Program-made: the position numbers and the translations under genes
Notes under the pieces: model-generated
Told to the model about the DNA's origin: nothing
Database searches by the model: none
The model's input: the letters and a program-made list of their open reading frames with translations, nothing else
Part shown: positions 19,498 through 28,239 of the stretch, piece after piece
Layout: each line of letters starts with the position of its first letter
Position numbering within the stretch: the first letter of the stretch is position 1
Assembly (NCBI GenBank): GCA_963711565.1
Contig: CAVQEQ010000004.1
Coordinates: 384,001-448,000 of the forward strand
DNA from: an uncultured delta proteobacterium
Lineage (GTDB): Bacteria > Desulfobacterota > Binatia > Binatales > Binataceae
Direction: 5' to 3'
DNA: 64,000 bases

Positions 19498-19983
19498 CTA
19501 ACGCCCGAGCCTGGCCTTGATTTCGTTCACGATGGCTTCTGGAGCGGCCGCGACATCGACGACGATCGCGTCGCGGGGCTCCTCGAGCGTGTCGAACTGA
19601 CTCTGTAGAAGATCCGGATTCATGAAATGATCGGTGCGGTTGCGCAGCCGCTGGGCAATTACTTCTTTCGACCCCCTCAGATAGACGACTTTCACCAGAT
19701 TCGGATCCACGACAATCTCGTCGCGGTACGACTGCTTGAGCGCGGAGCATGCGACGACTCCGTCGCGGCCTGCCGACAGCATCGCCTCGATCAACTTTCG
19801 TATCTCGCCCAGCCACGGCGCGCGATCCGAGTCATCGAGCGCGATGCCGCGATGCATCTTGCGCTTGCTTGCCTCGCTGTGAAGATCGTCGCCGTCGTGG
19901 AACTCCCAGCCAAGCGCCGCCGCGAGCGCGCGCCCAATCGTCGTCTTGCCGGCGCCCGTCGCTCCCATCACGATTACGACCAT
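19498..19983 (-). CDS. gntK: Gluconokinase (GntK/IdnK type)
   Basis: GATGAGKTT, DGDDLH, LDDSDRAPW, ACSALKQSYR and HFM.P.LLQSQF.TLE.P. Confidence 0.92.
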   Translation of the reverse strand: MVVIVMGATGAGKTTIGRALAAALGWEFHDGDDLHSEASKRKMHRGIALDDSDRAPWLGEIRKLIEAMLSAGRDGVVACSALKQSYRDEIVVDPNLVKVVYLRGSKEVIAQRLRNRTDHFMNPDLLQSQFDTLEEPRDAIVVDVAAAPEAIVNEIKARLGR

Positions 19984-20019
19984 AGCATTCCTCACCGCAC
20001 ATCTTCATTCTACTTTCCG

Positions 20020-21264
20020 GTGCCTGAAGTAAATATCGCGGCTGAACATGACAAGAGCGCGACCGCGTTCGGCTCGCTGTTCCCGCTCTACGTCGTCATC
20101 TTTTTCGGCTTCGTCGGCTACAGCCTGATGATCACGATCTTCACGCCGATGTTCCTCAAGCCCGAGAGCGCGATTCTTCCGGCCGGGGTCACGTCGTCGT
20201 ATCGCACGATCGTGCTCGGCATCGTGCTTGGACTTTATCCGGCCGGGCAGTTTATCGGATCCCCCGTTATGGGCGCGCTATCGGATCGGTACGGCCGCCG
20301 GCCGGTGCTGCTGATTTCGCTCAGCGTGACCACTGCCTGCTACGCGGTAATAGCGGTCTCGTTGGAAGCGCTGAGCCTGGCGACGCTCTGCGCGAGCCTA
20401 TTCATCGCGGGCCTCGCCGAGGCAAACATCGTGACGGCGCAGAGCGCAATCGCCGACGTTGTCGCCGCCGAGGATCGCAACCGCTTCTTCGGCTACATCT
20501 ATATGTGTAGCAGCCTCGCATACATCGTCGGTCCTTTGGTGGGCGGCAAGCTGGCCGAGCCATCGGTCGTAAGCTGGTTCAACTACGCGACTCCCTTCTG
20601 GGTGGTGTTCGGATTGCTGGTCCTGACGACGCTCGCCACGGCGCTCAAATTCCGCGAAACGAATCCGCCCGCGAGGCGCCGGCAGATTAGCTACTTCGAG
20701 GCCTTCACGAACCTGGCGGGCGTGTTTACGGACCGGCGGATTCGCGTCCTCTACCTAATCAACTTTCTGCTCTATTTGGCTATTTTCGGATTTTTCAGAT
20801 GCTATCCAATGTACCTGGTCGATGAATTCCATCTCGGCGTCTCGCGCGAATCTGAGTATATCGCCTGGGTCGGACTGCCTATTGTACTTGCTAATCTCTG
20901 GCTGACTGGCTATCTCGCGAAACACTTCATGACGCGCTCGCTGACGTTCTGGTCCGGATTGCTGACCGGAATCTTCATGATCGTCGTAGTCGTTCCGCCA
21001 AATCGGGGTGCGCTGTGGGTGACATTGTTCCTGACTTCGCTCGCACTGGCGATATGTCTGCCGTCGTGCGCGACGATGCTTTCAACGTCGGTTGGCGAAG
21101 CCGATCAGGGACGCGTCATGGGCAACAACCAGGCCTTGCAGGTCGGCGCCGAGTCGCTCTCGGGATTGTTGGGCGGGCTGCTTGCCGCAATCATGGTGAA
21201 ACTGTCCCTGGTCGTGCTGGGAGCGGTCGCCATCGCCGCCGCCGGCGTGCTCCTTCTCGTCTGA
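20020..21264 (+). CDS. MFS drug:H+ antiporter (TetA/DHA1-like)
   Basis: GALSDRYGRRPVLL, AIADV and GPLVGG; GTG start inferred. Confidence 0.88.
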   Translation: MPEVNIAAEHDKSATAFGSLFPLYVVIFFGFVGYSLMITIFTPMFLKPESAILPAGVTSSYRTIVLGIVLGLYPAGQFIGSPVMGALSDRYGRRPVLLISLSVTTACYAVIAVSLEALSLATLCASLFIAGLAEANIVTAQSAIADVVAAEDRNRFFGYIYMCSSLAYIVGPLVGGKLAEPSVVSWFNYATPFWVVFGLLVLTTLATALKFRETNPPARRRQISYFEAFTNLAGVFTDRRIRVLYLINFLLYLAIFGFFRCYPMYLVDEFHLGVSRESEYIAWVGLPIVLANLWLTGYLAKHFMTRSLTFWSGLLTGIFMIVVVVPPNRGALWVTLFLTSLALAICLPSCATMLSTSVGEADQGRVMGNNQALQVGAESLSGLLGGLLAAIMVKLSLVVLGAVAIAAAGVLLLV

Positions 21265-21294
21265 CGAACGCGCGCAAGCGGGTATTGCCCTTCC

Positions 21295-21322
21295 TTGACA
21301 GTTCGCGGGGTCCGTCTAACAT
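21295..21322 (+). promoter_or_regulatory. Putative sigma70 promoter of the amidohydrolase gene
   Basis: TTGACA-N16-TAACAT upstream of RBS GGAGG. Confidence 0.5.
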
Positions 21323-21367
21323 ACGATTGTTAGGCGAATCGAAGTAGCCGCTTCGGAGGTATCGCAA

Positions 21368-22603
21368 ATGTCAGGCGCAAATGTCGGCGAAATCAACGAA
21401 CCCAACCGTTGGCGACTCGAGACTCCGGGGCACGCGGGATGGAAGCGCACGGCGCGTCCCGACGATCCCGACAAGTACCTCATGATCTCGGCCGACTGTC
21501 ATTGCGCCGAGCCGGGGAATCTCTGGTACGAGCGAATCGATCGAAAGTATCGCGATCGGCTGCCGCGAATCGAAGTCGATGAGAACGGCGTCAAGTGGGC
21601 CATTTCAGAAGGATGGGCGCGTTCGCGCCTGCTCGACAATCCTCTCCACGGCGAGGATCACCTGCGCGCAAAGGCCGGCTCGGATCCCGAGCAGCGGCTC
21701 AAGGATCAAATCCGCGACGGCGTCGATGCCGAAGTGATCTTCCCCAACAAGGGCCTCTCGATGTGGGCGACGACCAACGCCGGCTTCGCGCATGCGCAAT
21801 GCCGCGTTTACAACGAATGGGCGTGGGAGACCTTCGCCAAGTACAACGATCGCATGTCGCCGCTCGCCGCGATTGCAACGGCCGACCTGCCGGGCTCAAT
21901 CGCCGAAATCGAGCGTGTCGCGAGGCTTGGATTTCGCGGCCTGACTCTGCCGTGCAAGCCGATCTTCGGCGCGCATGACGCGCGCCATCCCAACTACAAT
22001 CTGCCGATCTTCGATCCGATGTGGGCGTTGATCCAGGAAGTGGATCTGCCGATCACCTTCCACGTCTCGACTGGACGCGACCCGCGCGCCGCACGCAAAG
22101 ACGGCGGCGCGGTCATCAACTACGTTTCACATTCGCTCGTCCCGACCATCGAGCCGGTCGCAAATCTGTGCGGATCCGGCGTGCTCGAGCGCTTCCCCGG
22201 ACTCAAATTCGCGGCCATCGAATCCGGCATCGGATGGGTCGCGTGGGCTCTGGGAGCCATGGACGAGGCCTACCACAAGCACCACATGTGGGCGCTGCCG
22301 CGGCTCAAGATGCTCCCGAGTGAGTATTTCCGCAAGCACGGATACGCATCGTTCCAGGAAGATCCGGTCGGTCTCGATCTGGCGGTGAAATATAATCTGA
22401 CCAACAACTTCCTGTGGGCGAATGACTATCCGCATCACGAGGGCAGCTGGCCTCATTCGGCGGAGGCGATCGAGCGCGAGATGGGCGGTCTGCCCGAAGA
22501 CGCGCGCGCGAAAATCCTCGGCCTGAATGCGGCGCGCCTGTTCAAGTTCGACGCGGACGCGCTGACGAAGTCGCGTCGCGATCGAGTCGCCGCGGCGAAC
22601 TGA
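21368..22603 (+). CDS. Amidohydrolase_2 family protein
   Basis: ISADCH, R.YNEW, FHV, ERFPGLK..ESG.GW and WANDYPH.EGSWP. Confidence 0.9.
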   Translation: MSGANVGEINEPNRWRLETPGHAGWKRTARPDDPDKYLMISADCHCAEPGNLWYERIDRKYRDRLPRIEVDENGVKWAISEGWARSRLLDNPLHGEDHLRAKAGSDPEQRLKDQIRDGVDAEVIFPNKGLSMWATTNAGFAHAQCRVYNEWAWETFAKYNDRMSPLAAIATADLPGSIAEIERVARLGFRGLTLPCKPIFGAHDARHPNYNLPIFDPMWALIQEVDLPITFHVSTGRDPRAARKDGGAVINYVSHSLVPTIEPVANLCGSGVLERFPGLKFAAIESGIGWVAWALGAMDEAYHKHHMWALPRLKMLPSEYFRKHGYASFQEDPVGLDLAVKYNLTNNFLWANDYPHHEGSWPHSAEAIEREMGGLPEDARAKILGLNAARLFKFDADALTKSRRDRVAAAN

Positions 22604-22614
22604 ATCGGCTGTCA

Positions 22615-23472
22615 ATGCCGTCGTCCGAATTCTCGCATCACTACGCCAACCTCGAAGGCGTGCGGATCCATTACGTGACGATGGGGCAGGGCAGCCCGGT
22701 CGTGTTGCTCCACGGATGGCCGCAGACCTGGTACGAATGGCGCCGTGTGATGCCTCTGCTCGCCGACAAGTACTCGCTCGTCGCGCCCGACTTGCGCGGG
22801 CTCGGCGATTCTTCGCGGCCAACCTCCGGCTATGACAAGAAAACCGTCGCCAACGACATCTGGATGCTCATGCACGATCATCTCAAGCACTCGCGCTTCG
22901 CCGTCGTCGGTCATGATTGGGGCGCGCCCGTTGCGTTTAGGCTCGCCGCCGATCATCCAGCTGAAGTGACGCATCTCGCGCTGCTCGACGTTCCCGTCCC
23001 CGGCGATCAGCCCGCCGGCGCGGCTATCGGCGGCGCACGATGGTGGCACTTGTTCCATCAGGTGCCCGATTTGCCCGAGGCGCTGGTGTACGGCCGCGAG
23101 CGGCTCTACCTGGAGTTCTTCTACATGAACGGATGCGACCAGGCCGGCGTGATTGGCGACGCCGACATCGCCGAATACGTGCGGACCTACTCGCAGGCGG
23201 GCGCGATGCGCGCGGGATTCAACTTTTACCGCGCGCTGCCGAAAGACGTTGCCGACAATCGCGCGACATTCGCGACCGGATTCAAACTTCCCATGCCGAC
23301 GTTGGGACTCGGCGGCGGCGGTCCGCGCGGCCGCGGCGATCTGGTGGTCGAATCGCTCCGCCGCGTCGCTGTCCATGCGTCCGGCGGATCGATTGCCGAT
23401 TGCGGTCATTTCATCCCAGAAGAGAAACCCGTCGAGCTCGCCAACCACTTGCGCGAATTTTTCAACAAGTAG
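22615..23472 (+). CDS. Alpha/beta hydrolase (epoxide hydrolase/haloacetate dehalogenase-like)
   Basis: LLHGWPQTW, PDLRGLGDS, GHDWGA and CGHFIPEE. Confidence 0.9.
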   Translation: MPSSEFSHHYANLEGVRIHYVTMGQGSPVVLLHGWPQTWYEWRRVMPLLADKYSLVAPDLRGLGDSSRPTSGYDKKTVANDIWMLMHDHLKHSRFAVVGHDWGAPVAFRLAADHPAEVTHLALLDVPVPGDQPAGAAIGGARWWHLFHQVPDLPEALVYGRERLYLEFFYMNGCDQAGVIGDADIAEYVRTYSQAGAMRAGFNFYRALPKDVADNRATFATGFKLPMPTLGLGGGGPRGRGDLVVESLRRVAVHASGGSIADCGHFIPEEKPVELANHLREFFNK

Positions 23473-23533
23473 GTTCAGCACAGATTCCTGTTCCCCCCTT
23501 TTCCCCGGAAAGGCTCGTGGCAATCATTCCGAG

Positions 23534-23646
23534 TTCCCCCTTTCCATTCTGGAAAGGGGGTTAGGGGGATAGGACGCGCGCTCTTCCTGAATTTCTGTTT
23601 CCCCTTCCCCATTCTGATGGGGAAGGGGTTAGGGGTTAGGGTTCTT
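23534..23646. repeat. Composite gene-less copy of the CCCCTTCCC/GGGAAGGGG-TTAGGGG repeat
   Basis: Two palindrome+G-tail units (23534-23574 and 23590-23646). They match 49689-49800 in reverse complement and the DUF559 arms. Confidence 0.85.
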
Positions 23647-23822
23647 CCTTCACCAGCCGAGCGTCCCCGTGACACCTTGATGAACTGAACCTCCAACTCT
23701 TAGGCGCCTGGAATATCTAACGCCCGTTCGATTCCCTGAACGATCGGTATTGATTCCCCTTCCGTTCGCAACCGCACTCTGGTACGCCTCGCACATAACG
23801 TGATCGCCTGAGGAGAAACGCC

Positions 23823-25097
23823 GTGGACTTTAATATTCCTGCCGATGTAACCGCCTATCTGGCCGAGCTTGACGCGTTCATCGAGAAAGAGATCAAGCCG
23901 CTTGAACGCGAGAACGACAACATCCGCTTTTTCGACCATCGCCGCGAATGGGCGCGCACCGACTTCGAGCGCGACGGCCTGCCGCGCCATGAATGGGAGG
24001 CGCTGCTCGGCGAGATGCGCCGCCGCGCCGACAAGGCCGGGCACTATCGTTACGCGCTGCCCAAGGAATACGGCGGCAAGGACGGCACCAATCTCGCGAT
24101 GGCGATCATCCGTGAGTATCTGGCGGCCAAGGGCCTCGGCCTGCACAACGATTTGCAGAACGAAAGCTCGATCGTCGGCAATCTCCCAACGGTGCTGATG
24201 TTCCGCGACTTCGGCAACGATCAGCAGAAAAAAGAATTCATCCCCAAGCTGCTCGACGGCTCGATGCGCATCGCGTTCGGGCTCACCGAGCCCAATCACG
24301 GTTCCGACGCGACCTGGATGGAGACGCGCGGCGTTCGCGACGGCGACCACTGGCGAATCAGCGGCGCCAAGATGTGGAACACCGGCCTGCACGTCGCCAC
24401 GCACGATTTCGTGTTCGCGCGCACCAGCGGGAAAGACGGCAGCCCGCGTGGCATCACTTGCTTCATCGTTCCGACGAAAAGCGCGGGTTTCAAGATCGAG
24501 GAGTACATGTGGACGTTCAACATGCCAACCGATCACCCGCGCATCTCGCTCACTGACGTTGCAGTGCCGGCCGATTCGATTCTTGGCGATCCCGAAAACG
24601 GGCTGGCCGTGGCGCAGCTGTTCGTCCACGAGAATCGCGTTCGCCAGGCCGCGAGTTCGCTGGGGGCCGCGCAGTATTGCATCAACGAAAGCGTGAAGTA
24701 CGCCAAGACTCGCAAGCCGTTCGGCAAACCGCTGTCGAGCAACCAGGCGATTCAATGGCCGCTGGTCGAGCTGCACACTGAGGCCGAGATGATCCGCAAT
24801 CTCATTCACAAGACCGCGTGGCAGATGGATCAGATGTCGAAGCCCGAGGTCGCGCTGAAACTTTCCGACAAGGTCGCGATGTGCAACTACCGCGCGAACC
24901 GGCTGGTGTGCGACGCGGCGGACCGCGCGATGCAGGTGCATGGCGCGATCGGCTACTCGCGGCACAAGCCGTTCGAGCACATTTTCCGGCATCACCGGCG
25001 CTACCGCATCACGGAGGGCTCGGAGGAAATCCAGATGCGGCGCGTTGCGCAATACCTGTTCGGATTTTTCAAGGACCGCAAGCCGGCGGAAGAGTAG
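23823..25097 (+). CDS. Acyl-CoA dehydrogenase (LvaC/ACAD11-like)
   Basis: FGLTEPNHGSDA, GAKMW, RKPFGKPL..NQAIQ, QVHGAIG and RITEGSEEIQ. Confidence 0.92.
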   Translation: MDFNIPADVTAYLAELDAFIEKEIKPLERENDNIRFFDHRREWARTDFERDGLPRHEWEALLGEMRRRADKAGHYRYALPKEYGGKDGTNLAMAIIREYLAAKGLGLHNDLQNESSIVGNLPTVLMFRDFGNDQQKKEFIPKLLDGSMRIAFGLTEPNHGSDATWMETRGVRDGDHWRISGAKMWNTGLHVATHDFVFARTSGKDGSPRGITCFIVPTKSAGFKIEEYMWTFNMPTDHPRISLTDVAVPADSILGDPENGLAVAQLFVHENRVRQAASSLGAAQYCINESVKYAKTRKPFGKPLSSNQAIQWPLVELHTEAEMIRNLIHKTAWQMDQMSKPEVALKLSDKVAMCNYRANRLVCDAADRAMQVHGAIGYSRHKPFEHIFRHHRRYRITEGSEEIQMRRVAQYLFGFFKDRKPAEE

Positions 25098-25118
25098 GGC
25101 GCCGCGCGCGAGACAAAC

Positions 25119-26123
25119 ATGAGCAGCGAAGATTTCGCCGCGCGCCTGCAAGCCGCAATCGCGCGCCACGTCGGACCGCCGGGCACAATCCATGACCTGC
25201 AACGATTGACCGGCGGCGCCAACAAGACGACGTGGTCGTTCGACGCGGACGTTGCCGGCGCGCGTGCGCAATTCATTCTGCAACTGGCCAGCCCCCGCGC
25301 CAACGACGAGAGCAATCCGCTAGCGGGAGTCTCGCCGCATCTGATCGCGGAGGAAGACGCGCGGCTGATGATCGCGGCGGTGAAGGCCGGCGTCCCGGCC
25401 CCGCGCGTACGTGCGATTCTGAAAGATGACGACGGGCTCGGTCCCGGCTACGTGACCGAAAGAGTGGCGGGCGAGACGCTGGCGACCAAAATTCTTCGCG
25501 AGGAACGCTTCGCCAACGCGCGCGCCACGATGGCGAAGCAGTGCGGCACGATCCTCGCCGCGATTCATCGCATCCCGCTTGCCGAAGTTCCCTTCCTGAT
25601 GAATCTGACGCCGGCCCAGCACATCGCGGCGCAGCGTCGAATCATCGAGTTCTTCGGCTTTCACTCGCCGGCGCTCAAGCTCGGCCTCAAATGGGCGGAA
25701 CAGCACGCGCCGCGAAATACTCGCCATACTGTGGTGCATGGTGACTTCCGCGCGGGCAACTTTATCGTCGGCGAAGAAGGGATCCGCCTGGTGCTGGATT
25801 GGGAAATCGGGCAGAGCGGCGACCCGATGCAGGACCTGGGCTGGGTATGCGTCAAAACGTGGCGCTTCGGCGGCAAGAGACCAGTCGGCGGCTTCGGCAC
25901 ACGCGAAGACTTGTTCGAAGCTTACGAGAAAGCCGGCGGACAATCCGTCGATCCGGCGCACGTTCGCTTCTGGGAAGCGTACGGCAGCGTGCGATGGGGC
26001 ATCGGATGCTTCAGCATGGGCACTCGCGGAACTGAGGAAGTCGGAATCGAGCGCTGCGCGATTGGACGCCGAGTCGAAGAGCCGCTGTGGGACTTTCTCA
26101 ATCTGATCGAAGGCCGCGACTGA
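25119..26123 (+). CDS. APH-family phosphotransferase (LvaA-like)
   Basis: RLTGGA, HGDFRAGN, LDWE..GDPMQDLGW and WRFG. Confidence 0.9.
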   Translation: MSSEDFAARLQAAIARHVGPPGTIHDLQRLTGGANKTTWSFDADVAGARAQFILQLASPRANDESNPLAGVSPHLIAEEDARLMIAAVKAGVPAPRVRAILKDDDGLGPGYVTERVAGETLATKILREERFANARATMAKQCGTILAAIHRIPLAEVPFLMNLTPAQHIAAQRRIIEFFGFHSPALKLGLKWAEQHAPRNTRHTVVHGDFRAGNFIVGEEGIRLVLDWEIGQSGDPMQDLGWVCVKTWRFGGKRPVGGFGTREDLFEAYEKAGGQSVDPAHVRFWEAYGSVRWGIGCFSMGTRGTEEVGIERCAIGRRVEEPLWDFLNLIEGRD

Positions 26124-26160
26124 CTAATCGAAATCTGTCAACTGACTACAGGACTGACTA

Positions 26161-26517
26161 ATGCCACAGAGTACTCCAAAGGCGGCCATTCTGCTTGAAG
26201 CCGCGGTCAAATACCTGGAAACCGAGTTGATGCCGACGCTCGACGGCTACCATCGCTTCCAGACCCGCGTCACCGTCAACGTACTCAACACCGTGCGCCG
26301 TGAACTGGAACTGCGCGGCACGCAGGCCGAGGCCGAGCGCGCGCGGCTCGTTGCGATGCTCGGTCACGACGGCGACGTCGAGGCGCTAAGCGTCGAGCTG
26401 GCCGAGAAGATTCGTGCGGGAGAAATCGCGATCGACGATCCCGCGCTGCGAGCCCACGTCCGCCAAGCGCTGGCCGACGCGCTCGCGATCAACAACCCCA
26501 AATGGATGACCCGCTGA
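26161..26517 (+). CDS. Small helical protein (DUF6285/LvaB-like)
   Basis: LLEA...L.....P, RV..NVL..V.RE and LAINNPKW; directly follows the phosphotransferase. Confidence 0.75.
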   Translation: MPQSTPKAAILLEAAVKYLETELMPTLDGYHRFQTRVTVNVLNTVRRELELRGTQAEAERARLVAMLGHDGDVEALSVELAEKIRAGEIAIDDPALRAHVRQALADALAINNPKWMTR

Positions 26518-26972
26518 TGGCTGCCCAGCTCGAGCCCGAATTCGTATCTGCCGACGGCTGGCCGCGCGATCTGCAAGCCTTCGCGATGGCTTCGCTGTTT
26601 TGGGGCGGATTCCTGCTCGTGCGTGCGATCTTCGTCCTGCGCGCCGGCGCTCCGACAGTTCCCTTCGAGGATGTGTTTCTAGGCGTGAAGTTCTACGCCG
26701 ACCACGCTCGCGTGACGATGGCTCTGCAAGCCATCATCTTCATTGCGTTCGCAATCGGCATCCTCATACATCACCGCTGGGGACTGATCCTGGCACTGCT
26801 CTACATGGCGCAAGTCATCGCCGGCCACGTGATATTCATCACCTCGAACTTCGGCGTCGAGTCGCAACGCGTCCACGTAAAAATCGCGTCGATCGAGAGT
26901 CCCATCGTGCTGTTAATTGCGATCTATATCTGGTACCGCGCCCGCCCGCTCCTGCGCGAGCCGTCTGTCTGA
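26517..26972 (+). CDS. Membrane protein, about 4 TM
   Basis: TGATG coupling with the upstream gene; hydrophobic helices. Confidence 0.7.
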   Translation: MAAQLEPEFVSADGWPRDLQAFAMASLFWGGFLLVRAIFVLRAGAPTVPFEDVFLGVKFYADHARVTMALQAIIFIAFAIGILIHHRWGLILALLYMAQVIAGHVIFITSNFGVESQRVHVKIASIESPIVLLIAIYIWYRARPLLREPSV

Positions 26973-26990
26973 TCACGCCCGGGTGCCTAT

Positions 26991-27578
26991 TCACTCTCGC
27001 TGAGCAGCCTTTCGGACGCGAAGTCTCTTTCGAATGCGCCTGTTTGCTTCCTCCAGCGAGAAATCTTCGGGATCGAAATGTCCGATCCATTCTTTCATAT
27101 CTGTATGCTGTTCGTGATTCGGGTCGCTAAGGGCCTCGAGAAATTCCTCATACGCAAAGATGCCGCCCACATCCTCCGGCGGCGAATTGCGTTCACCGCC
27201 TATGCAGTGCGCGCGGATATCGTCGGCATCGGCCTGCGACACTTCCTCAAGCTTCAGCAGGTGCAGCCACTCGTCGCCGAAATCGTACGTATACTCAATT
27301 CGATGACGGGTAGAGAGATTCAGGTCGCGCAGGCGGACGCGCCGGTCGTCAATGAATTGATGCTCTCCATCAGGATCGGGAATACCGTACACGCAGCCCG
27401 CGACCTTGAAGTCATGCAAGTGATAGTCCTCCCAGCCCATGACGGCCTGAATGACACGATGGAGCTGCGCCAACGTGAAATCAGCGGGTACGAGGATCCT
27501 TCGCCAAATGGGCGGTTTGATGCCGTCAAGGGAAAGGAGGAATTGAAAGACTTGTCTTGTGGAATTGGTCGTGGTCAT
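26991..27578 (-). CDS. Plasmid pRiA4b ORF-3 family protein
   Basis: PPIWRRILVP, LHRVIQAVMGWEDYHLH.F, YDFGDEW.H and PPEDVGG. Confidence 0.9.
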   Translation of the reverse strand: MTTTNSTRQVFQFLLSLDGIKPPIWRRILVPADFTLAQLHRVIQAVMGWEDYHLHDFKVAGCVYGIPDPDGEHQFIDDRRVRLRDLNLSTRHRIEYTYDFGDEWLHLLKLEEVSQADADDIRAHCIGGERNSPPEDVGGIFAYEEFLEALSDPNHEQHTDMKEWIGHFDPEDFSLEEANRRIRKRLRVRKAAQRE

Positions 27579-27648
27579 TGCTGCATCACCATCGTCCTAC
27601 AACCGTCCCAGCACTTTTGTCGATCAGATAGATGATCCCTGATTCAGT

Positions 27649-27723
27649 TGGTGGGCGGTGCAGGTTTCGAACCTGCGACCCCCGGCTTGTAAGGCCGATG
27701 CTCTACCACTGAGCTAACCGCCC
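27649..27723 (-). tRNA. tRNA-Val(TAC)
   Basis: Reverse complement reads GGGCGGTTAGCTCAGTGGTAGAGCATCGGCCT-TAC-AAGCCGG...GGTTCGAAACC...CCCACCA. Confidence 0.97.
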
Positions 27724-27740
27724 GCGCTCGAAATGTTAGC

Positions 27741-27790
27741 AAAAAAAGACGGCCGCGTGTGTCATCGACACATGGGCCGTTTTTCTTCTT
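27741..27790. terminator. Hairpin terminator or processing site between HU and tRNA-Val
   Basis: A-tract, ACGGCC..TGTGTC/GACACA..GGCCGT stem, then T-tract. Confidence 0.6.
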
Positions 27791-27825
27791 CAGTGAATTG
27801 GATCGATCGCCGCGATCGCGTTCTG

Positions 27826-28143
27826 TTACGAACTTGTCGGTGGTGATGACGCCGGCGCAGCGCCGACGCCTTCATTCAGCGAGTCCTTCAATTGCTTGCC
27901 CGGCTTGAACTTCGCCGACCGGCTCGCCGCTATTTCGATCGACTCGCCGGTCTTTGGATTGCGCCCGGTGCGCGCCTGCCGTTCCGATACCGAGAACGTT
28001 CCGAAGCCCGAGATGTTCACGCGCTCCCCCTGGCGCAGCGCGGCGATGACGTCGTCGAGCACGATATTAATTGCGCGTTCGGCGTCGGCCTTGTTGAGGG
28101 GAAGCTTGTTCGACAACGCTTCTATAAGTTCAGCCTTCGTCAT
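27826..28143 (-). CDS. hup: DNA-binding protein HU
   Basis: MTKAELI, GFGTF and RTGRNPKTGE..I; downstream of lon. Confidence 0.95.
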   Translation of the reverse strand: MTKAELIEALSNKLPLNKADAERAINIVLDDVIAALRQGERVNISGFGTFSVSERQARTGRNPKTGESIEIAASRSAKFKPGKQLKDSLNEGVGAAPASSPPTSS

Positions 28144-28239
28144 ATGTACCTTCGGCGGTCGTCCCAAATTTCCGCGACCGCATATTTGAGCCGCGCGCTT
28201 CCAGTCCTCCCGGAAGGCGCGGTGTCCCCCGCTCAGAAC

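Noticed and set aside
20536-20548. TTGGTGGGCGG matching the tRNA-Val 3' end (possible attR)
   Set aside because: An 11-bp match inside an intact MFS coding frame (LVGG); likely chance.
23779-23797. Possible sigma54 promoter (TGGTACG...GC) upstream of the acyl-CoA dehydrogenase
   Set aside because: The GG-GC spacing is 8 nt rather than the required 10.
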